25,202 nucleotides of DNA from an uncultured virus (IMG/VR IMGVR_UViG_3300028025_000094). Taxonomy: Duplodnaviria; Heunggongvirae; Uroviricota; Caudoviricetes. Location of the stretch: IMG/VR virus record IMGVR_UViG_3300028025_000094; one strand, given 5' to 3'. Positions 16,755-24,054 of the stretch are shown here, in pieces. A program made the translations under genes and the position numbers. Numbering within the stretch: the stretch's first letter is position 1; the number at the start of each line of letters is the position of its first letter. The notes beneath the pieces are model-generated. The model ran no database searches. It was given only the letters and a program-made list of their open reading frames with translations, and was not told the origin of the DNA.

Positions 16755-17036
16755 ATGTATATGTCAATCCAATTAGATGAGGTAGAATTATCAGATGTCT
16801 CAGTAGAAGACTTCATTGAATCCAAATTAATCGTGTATAACGATGATTTTAACACGTTTGACTGGGTCATAACTTGTTTATGTAATTACATTAAGCATAC
16901 ACCAGAACAAGCAGAACAGTGCGCTTTATTGATTCATACGAAAGGTAAATGCCAAGTTAAATCAGGAAGTAAAACCAAATTACAACCCATGAAAGAAGCC
17001 TTAACCGATGCTGGGTTATCTGCAGTCATAGAATAA
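16755..17036 (+). CDS. clpS: ATP-dependent Clp protease adaptor ClpS
   Basis: LIVYNDDFNTFDWVI..L......EQAEQCALLIHTKGKCQVK.G......M...L...GLSA, a Bacteroidetes-style ClpS. Confidence 0.9.
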   Translation: MYMSIQLDEVELSDVSVEDFIESKLIVYNDDFNTFDWVITCLCNYIKHTPEQAEQCALLIHTKGKCQVKSGSKTKLQPMKEALTDAGLSAVIE

Positions 17037-17071
17037 AGAACATCTGCCAAACGGGGAAGTAAAACCTTGCC

Positions 17072-17103
17072 AAACCTGGAACCAAAAGTTCTAGGTTTTT
17101 TTT
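17072..17103 (+). terminator. intrinsic terminator
   Basis: AAACCTGGAAC-CAAAA-GTTCTAGGTTTTTTTT. Confidence 0.85.
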
Positions 17104-17335
17104 GTGGGGAGGATTCACGGGAGAAGAATCGGATGTGTCTTTGTCGGGGCGCCCTCGGAATCGGATACCTCGGAGCTCCAGCAGAAACCCCGGAGGAGAA
17201 ATCATCCGAGGGTGCCCTCACGCCGATTCACAGACCGAACATAGCTAGGTTTTATGTGGAAAAGAAATTTATTCAAAACATTTTTTTATTTCGAGGATTA
17301 TTCATATATTTGCCTTGTAACTAAAATAAATAACC

Positions 17336-17605
17336 ATGTTAACAAACACGACAATCGAATCATCAACCACCCTAACACCTGATGATTTAAAAGAAAAATT
17401 AAGATTAGGGGCAATCAACTTTTCTTTCCAAAAGAAAGATGGTACAATCAGAAACGCTTACGGAACTTTGCTAATGAGCGAAATTCCAGATGACCAACAT
17501 CCTAAGTCCGGGTCAGAAGCATCCCCCAAGATTATTCCATTTTTTGATTTGGAAAAGTCAGCTTGGAGAAGTGTTGGAATAGAACAACCAATTTTCATCC
17601 AATAA
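17336..17605 (+). CDS. DUF2693 / WYL_2-like SH3 beta-barrel protein
   Basis: F.FQKKDGTIRNAYGTL ... FFDLEKSAWRS. Confidence 0.8.
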   Translation: MLTNTTIESSTTLTPDDLKEKLRLGAINFSFQKKDGTIRNAYGTLLMSEIPDDQHPKSGSEASPKIIPFFDLEKSAWRSVGIEQPIFIQ

Positions 17606-17619
17606 AAAATTATCAATCC

Positions 17620-17651
17620 AAAAAGTCCTAGATTTTCTAGGACTTTTTTTT
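17620..17651 (+). terminator. intrinsic terminator
   Basis: AAAAGTCCTAG-ATTTT-CTAGGACTTTTTTTT. Confidence 0.9.
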
Positions 17652-17818
17652 GTGGTCCAAATCTTTGGAAAGAGAAAACGCCATGCTAAAACGGGTCGGG
17701 GCACCCTCACTGATGTTAGCATGTTTTTTGTGACAGTAATCTTCAAATTTATTTTCGAGGCATTTTTTTATTACGCCTCTTTTTCTTATATTTGCTTTAT
17801 ACTTAAACACACACTCGC

Positions 17819-18124
17819 ATGAACATTAAAAAATTATCAGAAGAAAAAACGATTAACGGTACTTCATTCTATGACGATGTTTTCAGTGCATCTCCACAGC
17901 AATTGATTGATGCCTTTGGACCTCCTTCCTATTCTAACAATGATGGAGAAGGTAAAGTAAACATGGAATGGGAACTGGAACTTGGAGAAGGAATCGTTTT
18001 CACAATTTATGATTGGAAGGAATACCGCAAACTTTCCATGGACGAGGAAATTGAATGGCACATTGGGGCTCACGACCAATCTTCATCAACTCAGGCTATT
18101 CTAGAATTGCTTGAACACTTCTAA
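17819..18124 (+). CDS. conserved phage hypothetical protein (KV..EW...FTIYDWK...WHIG)
   Basis: Promoter 17761; motif series recalled from phage hypotheticals. Confidence 0.85.
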   Translation: MNIKKLSEEKTINGTSFYDDVFSASPQQLIDAFGPPSYSNNDGEGKVNMEWELELGEGIVFTIYDWKEYRKLSMDEEIEWHIGAHDQSSSTQAILELLEHF

Positions 18125-18140
18125 ATCCCAAACAGATTTA

Positions 18141-18169
18141 AAAGCCCGGACTTAGGTCTGGGTTTTTTT
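18141..18169 (+). terminator. intrinsic terminator
   Basis: AAAGCCCGGAC-TTAG-GTCTGGGTTTTTTT. Confidence 0.85.
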
Positions 18170-18256
18170 GTGGGTAAAGATTCCGGGTGGACCGAAGTAC
18201 ACGTGGGTAAAGGCGCCCTCACGATTCTCAGAATCGAATTTGAGATACATATGAAT

Positions 18257-18478
18257 ATGAAACACATTAAACTCTTTGAAGACTTTGGAGCATTGGAGGT
18301 TGAACCTTATCAAGTTCCCACTCAAATACAATGTAATAAATGTGGCTGGAATTGGAATTCCACCCAATCATCAGAGGAAGACCTTTATGTCTGTCACAAG
18401 TGTGGAGCAGATAATAAGGTTTTCTATGAGGGAGAACCTGATGATGAAGAATCAACTTCTGACTTAGAAGGGGCATAG
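18257..18478 (+). CDS. MKH-leader zinc-ribbon protein
   Basis: Start moved to MKHIKLFEDF; CNKCGW...CHKCG; GATACATA 18244. Confidence 0.8.
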   Translation: MKHIKLFEDFGALEVEPYQVPTQIQCNKCGWNWNSTQSSEEDLYVCHKCGADNKVFYEGEPDDEESTSDLEGA

Positions 18479-18509
18479 GGGGATGGGGGAAGGACCCCGC
18501 ACGCGTACG
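18477..18509 (+). repeat. Element B copy 4
   Basis: Identical to 16666-16698; overlaps a stop codon. Confidence 0.9.
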
Positions 18510-18650
18510 AGAGAAAAATCACAAGATATAAGTTAGAGAGAGCTGGTGAGGGTGCCGCCACACCGATAATAATCCGAAGCATCCGAATTCTTACATTTTT
18601 TTATTTCGAGGATTTATTCTATATTTGCCTTGTACTTAAACACACACGAC

Positions 18651-18833
18651 ATGAAAAGAAAAATCATTGATGCAGGAATCAAATTCCTAGAAGAAAGAGG
18701 AATATTTAACCAGGAACATTATCTCGTTTCTCTCCAAGGACCCACCTTTATTTTCACCTCTGTTGGTTCTACCATGTTAAATGATGAAATAAAATCAGGG
18801 ATACAGGAAAGAGGAATACTAATTCTGGCTTAA
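18651..18833 (+). CDS. hypothetical protein
   Basis: Start moved to 18651 after promoter 18594 and a CACACACGAC leader. Confidence 0.8.
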   Translation: MKRKIIDAGIKFLEERGIFNQEHYLVSLQGPTFIFTSVGSTMLNDEIKSGIQERGILILA

Positions 18834-18856
18834 ATCCATTCACCTTACAGAATCTT

Positions 18857-18888
18857 AAAAATCTAGACAAATTTGTCTAGATTTTTTT
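18857..18888 (+). terminator. intrinsic terminator
   Basis: AAAAATCTAGACA-AATT-TGTCTAGATTTTTTT. Confidence 0.9.
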
Positions 18889-19002
18889 GTGAGTGTTATA
18901 ATAGTTGGACAGTAGTTAAACTATGAGTGGGCGCCCTCACTCCGCATAGCGACAGATTTGCTCTTCGGAGTAAGATATATAAATCACAAAATAACTCAAA
19001 GA

Positions 19003-19275
19003 ATGAAACACATTAAAAAATTCGGTGAACTCACAGAAAGTTTCTGGGATTATAACTTCGGTAAACCCACAGTTAAAGATGCAGCTCATGATTCATTAAG
19101 GGGTCAAGGATTCAGTCACACTAAAAAAGACGATGCTGGAACTCAGACAATGGTCTTTAATGGTCAAGAATTTTATCCCGATCAAATCCAATATGCTGAT
19201 TATGGAGATGTTGGAGAAATACCAAGAATAGAAGGAGATAAACTAATAGTTGCTAATCCAGCTTGGTCTATGTAA
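19003..19275 (+). CDS. MKH-leader hypothetical protein
   Basis: MKHIKKFGELTES; GATATATA 18974. Confidence 0.8.
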   Translation: MKHIKKFGELTESFWDYNFGKPTVKDAAHDSLRGQGFSHTKKDDAGTQTMVFNGQEFYPDQIQYADYGDVGEIPRIEGDKLIVANPAWSM

Positions 19276-19294
19276 CTTTCACATAACCTTTTTT

Positions 19295-19324
19295 AAAAAG
19301 CCAAACCTAGTGTTTGGTTTTTTT
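19295..19324 (+). terminator. intrinsic terminator
   Basis: AAAAGCCAAAC-CTAGT-GTTTGGTTTTTTT. Confidence 0.85.
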
Positions 19325-19539
19325 GTGGCCTGCCTCGAAAGTGGCTGAGGGCGCCCCGACGGAAAGAACCACACTTTTCCCTTTTTTGGGTTTTAATCCC
19401 GGAGGTGCCCTCACCCCGATTCACATCCGAAACTTTCCTTGGATAATTTGAAACATTTCCTCGAAACATTTTTTATCTTCGGGGATTTATTTTATATTTG
19501 CCTTGTACTTAAATCCACAAACCTCAAAAAATTAAAAAA

Positions 19540-19944
19540 ATGGTAAACTTTCAAGTATCCCTCAGAGAACAAATCGAAGCATTTGAATTGGAAAAAAGAA
19601 TCATTGGCGATTATGAACATTGCTCCGGATTCTATGATTGGTTCTGTTCGGACAAAGCCTTACCCGGCAAAGCAATGAATCTTATGCCCAAGGTTATTAA
19701 ATTCGCTAAAGCCAAAGGAATAGATTTGGATAGACATTACGTTTGGTTCAAGAACAACTGTCCTTTTAACGGACCATTATACGATGATTTTCGTATTGCC
19801 TCATTAGAAACCGGAGATACAGTCTTCACTGTTACGCCTAAGTGTGGACACACAGGTTTAGCAGAAGTCTACGGCCAAGAGAATCTTTGGAACGGACCGA
19901 TTCATCAGGCTTCAACTTGGTCACAACTAGCAAGCACATTTTAG
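19540..19944 (+). CDS. conserved phage hypothetical protein (YDWFC...YVWFKNNCP..GPLYDDFRI)
   Basis: Promoter 19467; 134 aa. Confidence 0.85.
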   Translation: MVNFQVSLREQIEAFELEKRIIGDYEHCSGFYDWFCSDKALPGKAMNLMPKVIKFAKAKGIDLDRHYVWFKNNCPFNGPLYDDFRIASLETGDTVFTVTPKCGHTGLAEVYGQENLWNGPIHQASTWSQLASTF

Positions 19945-19962
19945 AACCTTCAATAAAAATGT

Positions 19963-20118
19963 ATGAGTATCCAAGAATTAAAAGAACAAATGCAGGAAGA
20001 CCTAATAAGTCTGTTGGAAGGAATAGGCATCGAAGATGCACTAGCCCCAGAGGATTGGGAAAACCTAAAGAATGAAGTTGGCGAAATAGTTATCTCCAAC
20101 ATCAATAGATTAAACTAA
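19963..20118 (+). CDS. small acidic protein (not in ORF track)
   Basis: MSIQELKEQMQEDLISLLEGIGIEDALAPEDWENLKNEVGEIVISNINRLN; ends just before a terminator. Confidence 0.75.
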   Translation: MSIQELKEQMQEDLISLLEGIGIEDALAPEDWENLKNEVGEIVISNINRLN

Positions 20119-20121
20119 TCG

Positions 20122-20155
20122 AAAATGGCCTGGGATTTTATCTCAGGCCATTTTT
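20122..20155 (+). terminator. intrinsic terminator
   Basis: AAAATGGCCTGGGAT..ATCTCAGGCCATTTTT. Confidence 0.85.
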
Positions 20156-20363
20156 GTGCGCGGTGGAAAAGCATTTACGCTGACGGAATCGAGGTGAGGG
20201 TGCCGCCACATCGAGATTTTATTTGGGGTCGGATTTGGAAATCAACCGAGGGTGCCCTCACCTGAAGACCTGGAAAAATTCTTTTTTGGGGTCGGATTCG
20301 GAAATCATCCGAGGGTGCCCTCACCTCGATAACCTCGGTCTCATTTCTGATAGGATCTGCATC

Positions 20364-20396
20364 AGGGGGATGGTGGGAGGACCCCGCGCTCGCGAA
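20364..20396 (+). repeat. Element B copy 5 (variant)
   Basis: AGGGGGATGGTGGGAGGACCCCGCGCTCGCGAA. Confidence 0.85.
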
Positions 20397-20457
20397 GGGG
20401 GTTTTCATTTTTATTCCTCGCAGTCTCACATTATATTTGTATTCTAAAACCACACAT

Positions 20458-20748
20458 ATGAAAAGTTATGAAATGTACTCAGCAGCCGGAGATAAGGCCT
20501 GCGAAACACTAGTTAATCGAATCTGCAAAAAGATTCATTCAAACGTTAGGGTCACAAGAGAGGAAATAGCAGGGGAAATCGAGAAGGGACAGATGCTCAT
20601 TGCCCTCATCTATCCAGAAGTTCATGACACTGAACCGCGAGGTCATATTTGTCATGACATAAGTAAGGCATTAAAAGATGCAGGATATGGATTCTTTATA
20701 GATTCATATGTTAATACCTGCGAGGGAGTATATCCGTATTATAGTTAG
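20458..20748 (+). CDS. hypothetical protein
   Basis: Start moved to 20458; MYSAAGDKAC...EVHDTEPR. Confidence 0.85.
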   Translation: MKSYEMYSAAGDKACETLVNRICKKIHSNVRVTREEIAGEIEKGQMLIALIYPEVHDTEPRGHICHDISKALKDAGYGFFIDSYVNTCEGVYPYYS

Positions 20749-20772
20749 ATTTGGGTTAAAGTTTAAAGTGTT

Positions 20773-20803
20773 AAAGGCCCAGGATTTTGTCCTGGGTTTT
20801 TTT
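20773..20803 (+). terminator. intrinsic terminator
   Basis: GGCCCAGGA-TTTTG-TCCTGGGTT-TTTTT. Confidence 0.85.
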
Positions 20804-20998
20804 GTGGGTGTTGGTTAAGGTTAGCTACAGGTAAACAGTGAGAGGCTGCCCCAGCGAAGAAAAAGGACCGGCCTAAAAATCATTAGGGGGTGCCCTCGCA
20901 CAGATTCACATGCAGATTCACATCCAAAAAGAATTCTTAAACATTTTTATTATCCGGGGAAAATCATTACTTTTACCTCATACCAAATAACTAAACAC

Positions 20999-21199
20999 AT
21001 GAGCAAAAGAACAACCTTACTAGTTCCAGTGGAATTCTACATTCCGGATGAAATTCGTTCCCGATTAGATAAGTTAAAAATTTCTCCAGAGATTCAAGAA
21101 GAAGCATTAGCTGATGCGATTTTCACTTATGTACAAGAAAGATTTCTAGTTGATGAAAGAGAAGAGATAATCGAACATGTTAAAAACTGGGAAGAGTAA
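20999..21199 (+). CDS. hypothetical protein
   Basis: Promoter 20942. Confidence 0.85.
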   Translation: MSKRTTLLVPVEFYIPDEIRSRLDKLKISPEIQEEALADAIFTYVQERFLVDEREEIIEHVKNWEE

Positions 21200-21216
21200 T
21201 CTTCCTTCCCCAACAG

Positions 21217-21246
21217 AAAACCTGAGATAATCCCTCAGGTTTTTTT
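21217..21246 (+). terminator. intrinsic terminator
   Basis: AAAACCTGAG-ATAATCC-CTCAGGTTTTTTT. Confidence 0.85.
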
Positions 21247-21442
21247 GTGGGTGTTAGTTAAGGTTAGCTACAGGTAAACAGCGTGAGGACGCCCCAGCGA
21301 GGAAAAAGGACCGGCCTAAAAATCATTAGGGGGTGCCCTCACCCCGATTCACATACGTTTTCACATCCAAAAAGAATTCGGTAACATTTTTTTATTTCGG
21401 GGGAAATCTGTATATTTGCCTTACACTTAAAAACATAACATC

Positions 21443-21871
21443 ATGTCAAAAATCAATCAAATCATTGTCAACCCAGAAATTCCCCAAACCCCTAAGTCGT
21501 CTAAAGAAACTCTTAATTCTCTTAAAAAAGAATTAGAGGTTTTAGGAGGAAAAGTTTTCTTAGGTTTTGTTCACCCAACTCTTTATGGGCCAGTTAGAAA
21601 TCTTAACTTTATTTTAGAAGGACCCAATCCAGAATTCTTAGATAAGTATTTAACAAATCCCCAAAAAGATATTGTAGTTGATGTTTGGAAAGAAACTATG
21701 ATGGCAACTCAACTAATGGTTCTTCCTTGGGAAATGAGTTTAACCTGTGAAATTAATCCTCCCACATTTAAAACAATTAAAGAATCAGAGATTTACATTC
21801 GAAAAAAGTTAGCGGATAATAAACAAAAGAATATTAATGATCCCTTCTTTTATCGAAAAGGAACAATCTAA
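21443..21871 (+). CDS. hypothetical protein
   Basis: Promoter 21385; 142 aa. Confidence 0.85.
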   Translation: MSKINQIIVNPEIPQTPKSSKETLNSLKKELEVLGGKVFLGFVHPTLYGPVRNLNFILEGPNPEFLDKYLTNPQKDIVVDVWKETMMATQLMVLPWEMSLTCEINPPTFKTIKESEIYIRKKLADNKQKNINDPFFYRKGTI

Positions 21872-21879
21872 AAAATCAG

Positions 21880-21911
21880 AAACCCTTAGGAAAATCACCT
21901 AAGGGTTTTTT
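21880..21911 (+). terminator. intrinsic terminator
   Basis: AAACCCTTAGG-AAAATCA-CCTAAGGGTTTTTT. Confidence 0.9.
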
Positions 21912-22100
21912 GTGGGGTTTACTTAAGCTTAACAGTAGCTAAGCGGGGTGAGGACGCCTCGACGAAAAAAAAAGCTAGCCTAAAAAATAGGGAGGCGCCC
22001 TCGCACAAAAAAGCATTGATGCTGATTCTCAGGTTTTGCATCACGAGGTAGCCCTCACGCCGTTTGTCTATGTGATTTGGATATATAAAATAAAAAAGAA

Positions 22101-22484
22101 ATGAAGCACTTAAGATTATACGAAGAGTTTAAAGAAGGACCAATGAGAAAAGAACCTTCTATTTTCCAGAAAATGTACAAAGGAGCTAAAGACTTTATTG
22201 GCATTGAGTCTAGTGAAGATAGAGAGAGATATGAAGACGTAGTTCGCATGATAACCATGAATGATTCTTACGGACTTAAGAAGAGCATTAGAGAAATTAA
22301 ACCGGGTGTGGTTGTAATGTGGTTAAATGACCAGAGTCTAACAATCGATACAGTTACTCCTGAGATTATTTGGAGAGGTAAGGTTTTAGATTTAAATGAT
22401 ACCCAGGAATCAGTAAACTATCTTTACAGTAGAATTAAGGATTACATAAACACTCCTCAGATGACTCAAGGTTTGAGAAGATAA
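22101..22484 (+). CDS. MKH-leader hypothetical protein
   Basis: MKHLRLYEEF, the first 10 aa identical to 2713..3333; GATATATA 22080. Confidence 0.85.
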   Translation: MKHLRLYEEFKEGPMRKEPSIFQKMYKGAKDFIGIESSEDRERYEDVVRMITMNDSYGLKKSIREIKPGVVVMWLNDQSLTIDTVTPEIIWRGKVLDLNDTQESVNYLYSRIKDYINTPQMTQGLRR

Positions 22485-22505
22485 AAATTAGTGTTTCATA
22501 AAAAT

Positions 22506-22535
22506 AAAAACCCAGGCTTAGGTCTGGGTTTTTTT
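22506..22535 (+). terminator. intrinsic terminator
   Basis: AAAACCCAGGC-TTAG-GTCTGGGTTTTTTT. Confidence 0.85.
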
Positions 22536-22641
22536 GTGGGTGGTGCCCTCACCACGATAACCTCGGGTTTCGATTCTTTAACTCACATTTTTATTTGTCG
22601 CGGAAATGATTTACATTAGCCTCATACTAATACACATACAT

Positions 22642-22818
22642 ATGATTCAGTTCAAAAACATTCTGCATTACATTACAAGAGATTCAGTTATCAATCTTCC
22701 TCTTCTGGTACAAATTCGAAGATGTAAGATGGAACAAGAAGGTTTCCAAACAGATAATATTAACTGGGAACATTACACCAGGGTTCTAATAGCTAAACAA
22801 AAAGCTTTAAAAGATTAG
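22642..22818 (+). CDS. hypothetical protein
   Basis: Start moved to 22642 (MIQFKN), after promoter 22586. Confidence 0.75.
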   Translation: MIQFKNILHYITRDSVINLPLLVQIRRCKMEQEGFQTDNINWEHYTRVLIAKQKALKD

Positions 22819-22820
22819 GC

Positions 22821-23039
22821 ATGAGAAAGACCTTTGAGATAGAAAGGATAAAGGCATTCGTTAATGAGCAACTCGCTAACGATCAAAACACCTTGGATGA
22901 AAAGCAAGGTATGATATCCGTGCTGGAACACGTGCTTCTTCGCAGTGATTCTTATCGGGGATTTATGTTTCTGGATGTAGGGGAAGAATCTATTGGACCT
23001 CCTGGTAGTCCGAAGCATGTTAGAAGAAAGTATTTCTAG
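22821..23039 (+). CDS. hypothetical protein
   Basis: MRKTF...VLEHVL....YRGF; operon spacing. Confidence 0.8.
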   Translation: MRKTFEIERIKAFVNEQLANDQNTLDEKQGMISVLEHVLLRSDSYRGFMFLDVGEESIGPPGSPKHVRRKYF

Positions 23040-23057
23040 CAGGAAGGGAGATTAATG

Positions 23058-23084
23058 AGTCTGAGAGCAATCTCAGACTTTTTT
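23058..23084 (+). terminator. intrinsic terminator
   Basis: AGTCTGAGA-GCAA-TCTCAGACT-TTTTT. Confidence 0.9.
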
Positions 23085-23089
23085 GTGTG

Positions 23090-23122
23090 TGGGGGATAGG
23101 GGGAGGACCCCGCGCTCGCGAG
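23090..23122 (+). repeat. Element B copy 6 (variant)
   Basis: TGGGGGATAGGGGGAGGACCCCGCGCTCGCGAG. Confidence 0.85.
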
Positions 23123-23353
23123 AGGGTTTTTAGGGATTTCTTCCTTTTAGAAAGCTTTCTAAATTCTAGTGAGTCCGCCCCAAATCGATTCAACCACTTA
23201 GTAATCAGCATGTTAGAAGAAAGTGTAAAAGATGTACAAATCGGAGAGAGCACCCCCGCAGGTGAGATCTGCAGAATTAACCTCTCATACATTTTATTAC
23301 CTCGGGGAAATCTTGTATATTTGCCTTATAATTAATCACTAAAAATCACGACT

Positions 23354-23533
23354 ATGTTTGAAGAACAAATTTCACAAGTAATTAGAGTATTCCAATCCCT
23401 AGATGGGGTTTCAAAATGGGCATTTACATTTTGGATGGTATGTGCTGCAGCTTTCTATGGCATGTTAGTTTACATTATGGGATTACTTATTAGAGAAGGA
23501 ATACTTAGAATCTCTAGACTCTCTAGAATTTAG
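23354..23533 (+). CDS. small membrane protein, 59 aa (not in ORF track)
   Basis: MFEEQISQVIRVFQSLDGVSKWAFTFWMVCAAAFYGMLVYIMGLLIREG...; promoter 23290. Confidence 0.75.
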   Translation: MFEEQISQVIRVFQSLDGVSKWAFTFWMVCAAAFYGMLVYIMGLLIREGILRISRLSRI

Positions 23534-23553
23534 AAAACACACTTAACAAAATT

Positions 23554-23579
23554 AAACCTGGATAACACCAGGTTTTTTT
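23554..23579 (+). terminator. intrinsic terminator
   Basis: AAACCTGG-ATAACA-CCAGGTTTTTTT. Confidence 0.8.
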
Positions 23580-23820
23580 GTGGGGTAACTTTTTTAAAAA
23601 ATTCTATAAACTTCTAGTGAGAGCACCCCCGCGAATTTTAAACTATAAAACTTTTTGTAAAGGCGCCCTCGCGGGTTTTCTGGATACAGCCTGAATATTT
23701 CCCAATCTCTCTCAAAAAATCCACGAGGTAGCCCTCACTAGAGAACTTGGAATTCTTTCCGTGCTCATTTTTTTCTTTCGCGGATAATTCATATATTTGC
23801 CTTACACTAAATAACACACA

Positions 23821-23982
23821 ATGGAAAGATTTAAATGTTGTCTATGCGACAAAGAAGTAGAAGGATTTGGAAACAACCCCGATCCACTAGGAACCGGAAC
23901 TGAAGATGAAGAATGCTGCGATGAGTGTAATCAAGAAAAGGTTATACCTGCTAGGCTAGAACTTCTTCTGAAAGGAGGTTAA
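23821..23982 (+). CDS. small zinc-finger protein, 53 aa (not in ORF track)
   Basis: MERFKCCLCDKEVEGFGNNPDPL...CCDECNQEKVIPARL; promoter 23766. Confidence 0.85.
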   Translation: MERFKCCLCDKEVEGFGNNPDPLGTGTEDEECCDECNQEKVIPARLELLLKGG

Positions 23983-24054
23983 TCCCACATACCTGCGGAA
24001 ACATTTTTTACTTCCGCAGGTTTTCTTTACTTTAGGATTATAAATAAATCAATC

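Larger units (their letters stand above)
20804..21391 (+). repeat. 145-bp direct repeat pair (20804-20948 and 21247-21391)
   Basis: Ungapped, offset 443, 16 mismatches by manual alignment; a diverged third copy lies at ~21912-22008. Confidence 0.9.
1025..22087. promoter_or_regulatory. Class II (putative late) promoter motif GATAYATA, ~10 copies
   Basis: GATATATA at 1025, 1776, 2615-2622 (minus strand), 2700, 18974, 22080; AATATATA 3325; GGTATATA 9270; GATACATA 10671, 18244. Each lies 5-25 nt before an ATG that lacks a class I promoter. Confidence 0.7.

Noticed and set aside
7831..23335. Track ORFs spanning intergenic modules (e.g. 7831..8085, 9150..9413, 12419..12625, 13181..13390, 13276..13506, 14513..14710, 16934..17221, 17067..17324, 20175..20453, 20223..20447, 21333..21536, 23020..23292, 23087..23335)
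   Set aside because: They cross terminators, site A, element B or promoters; recurring peptides such as VRAP, GALT and GPRTR are just translations of the repeats.
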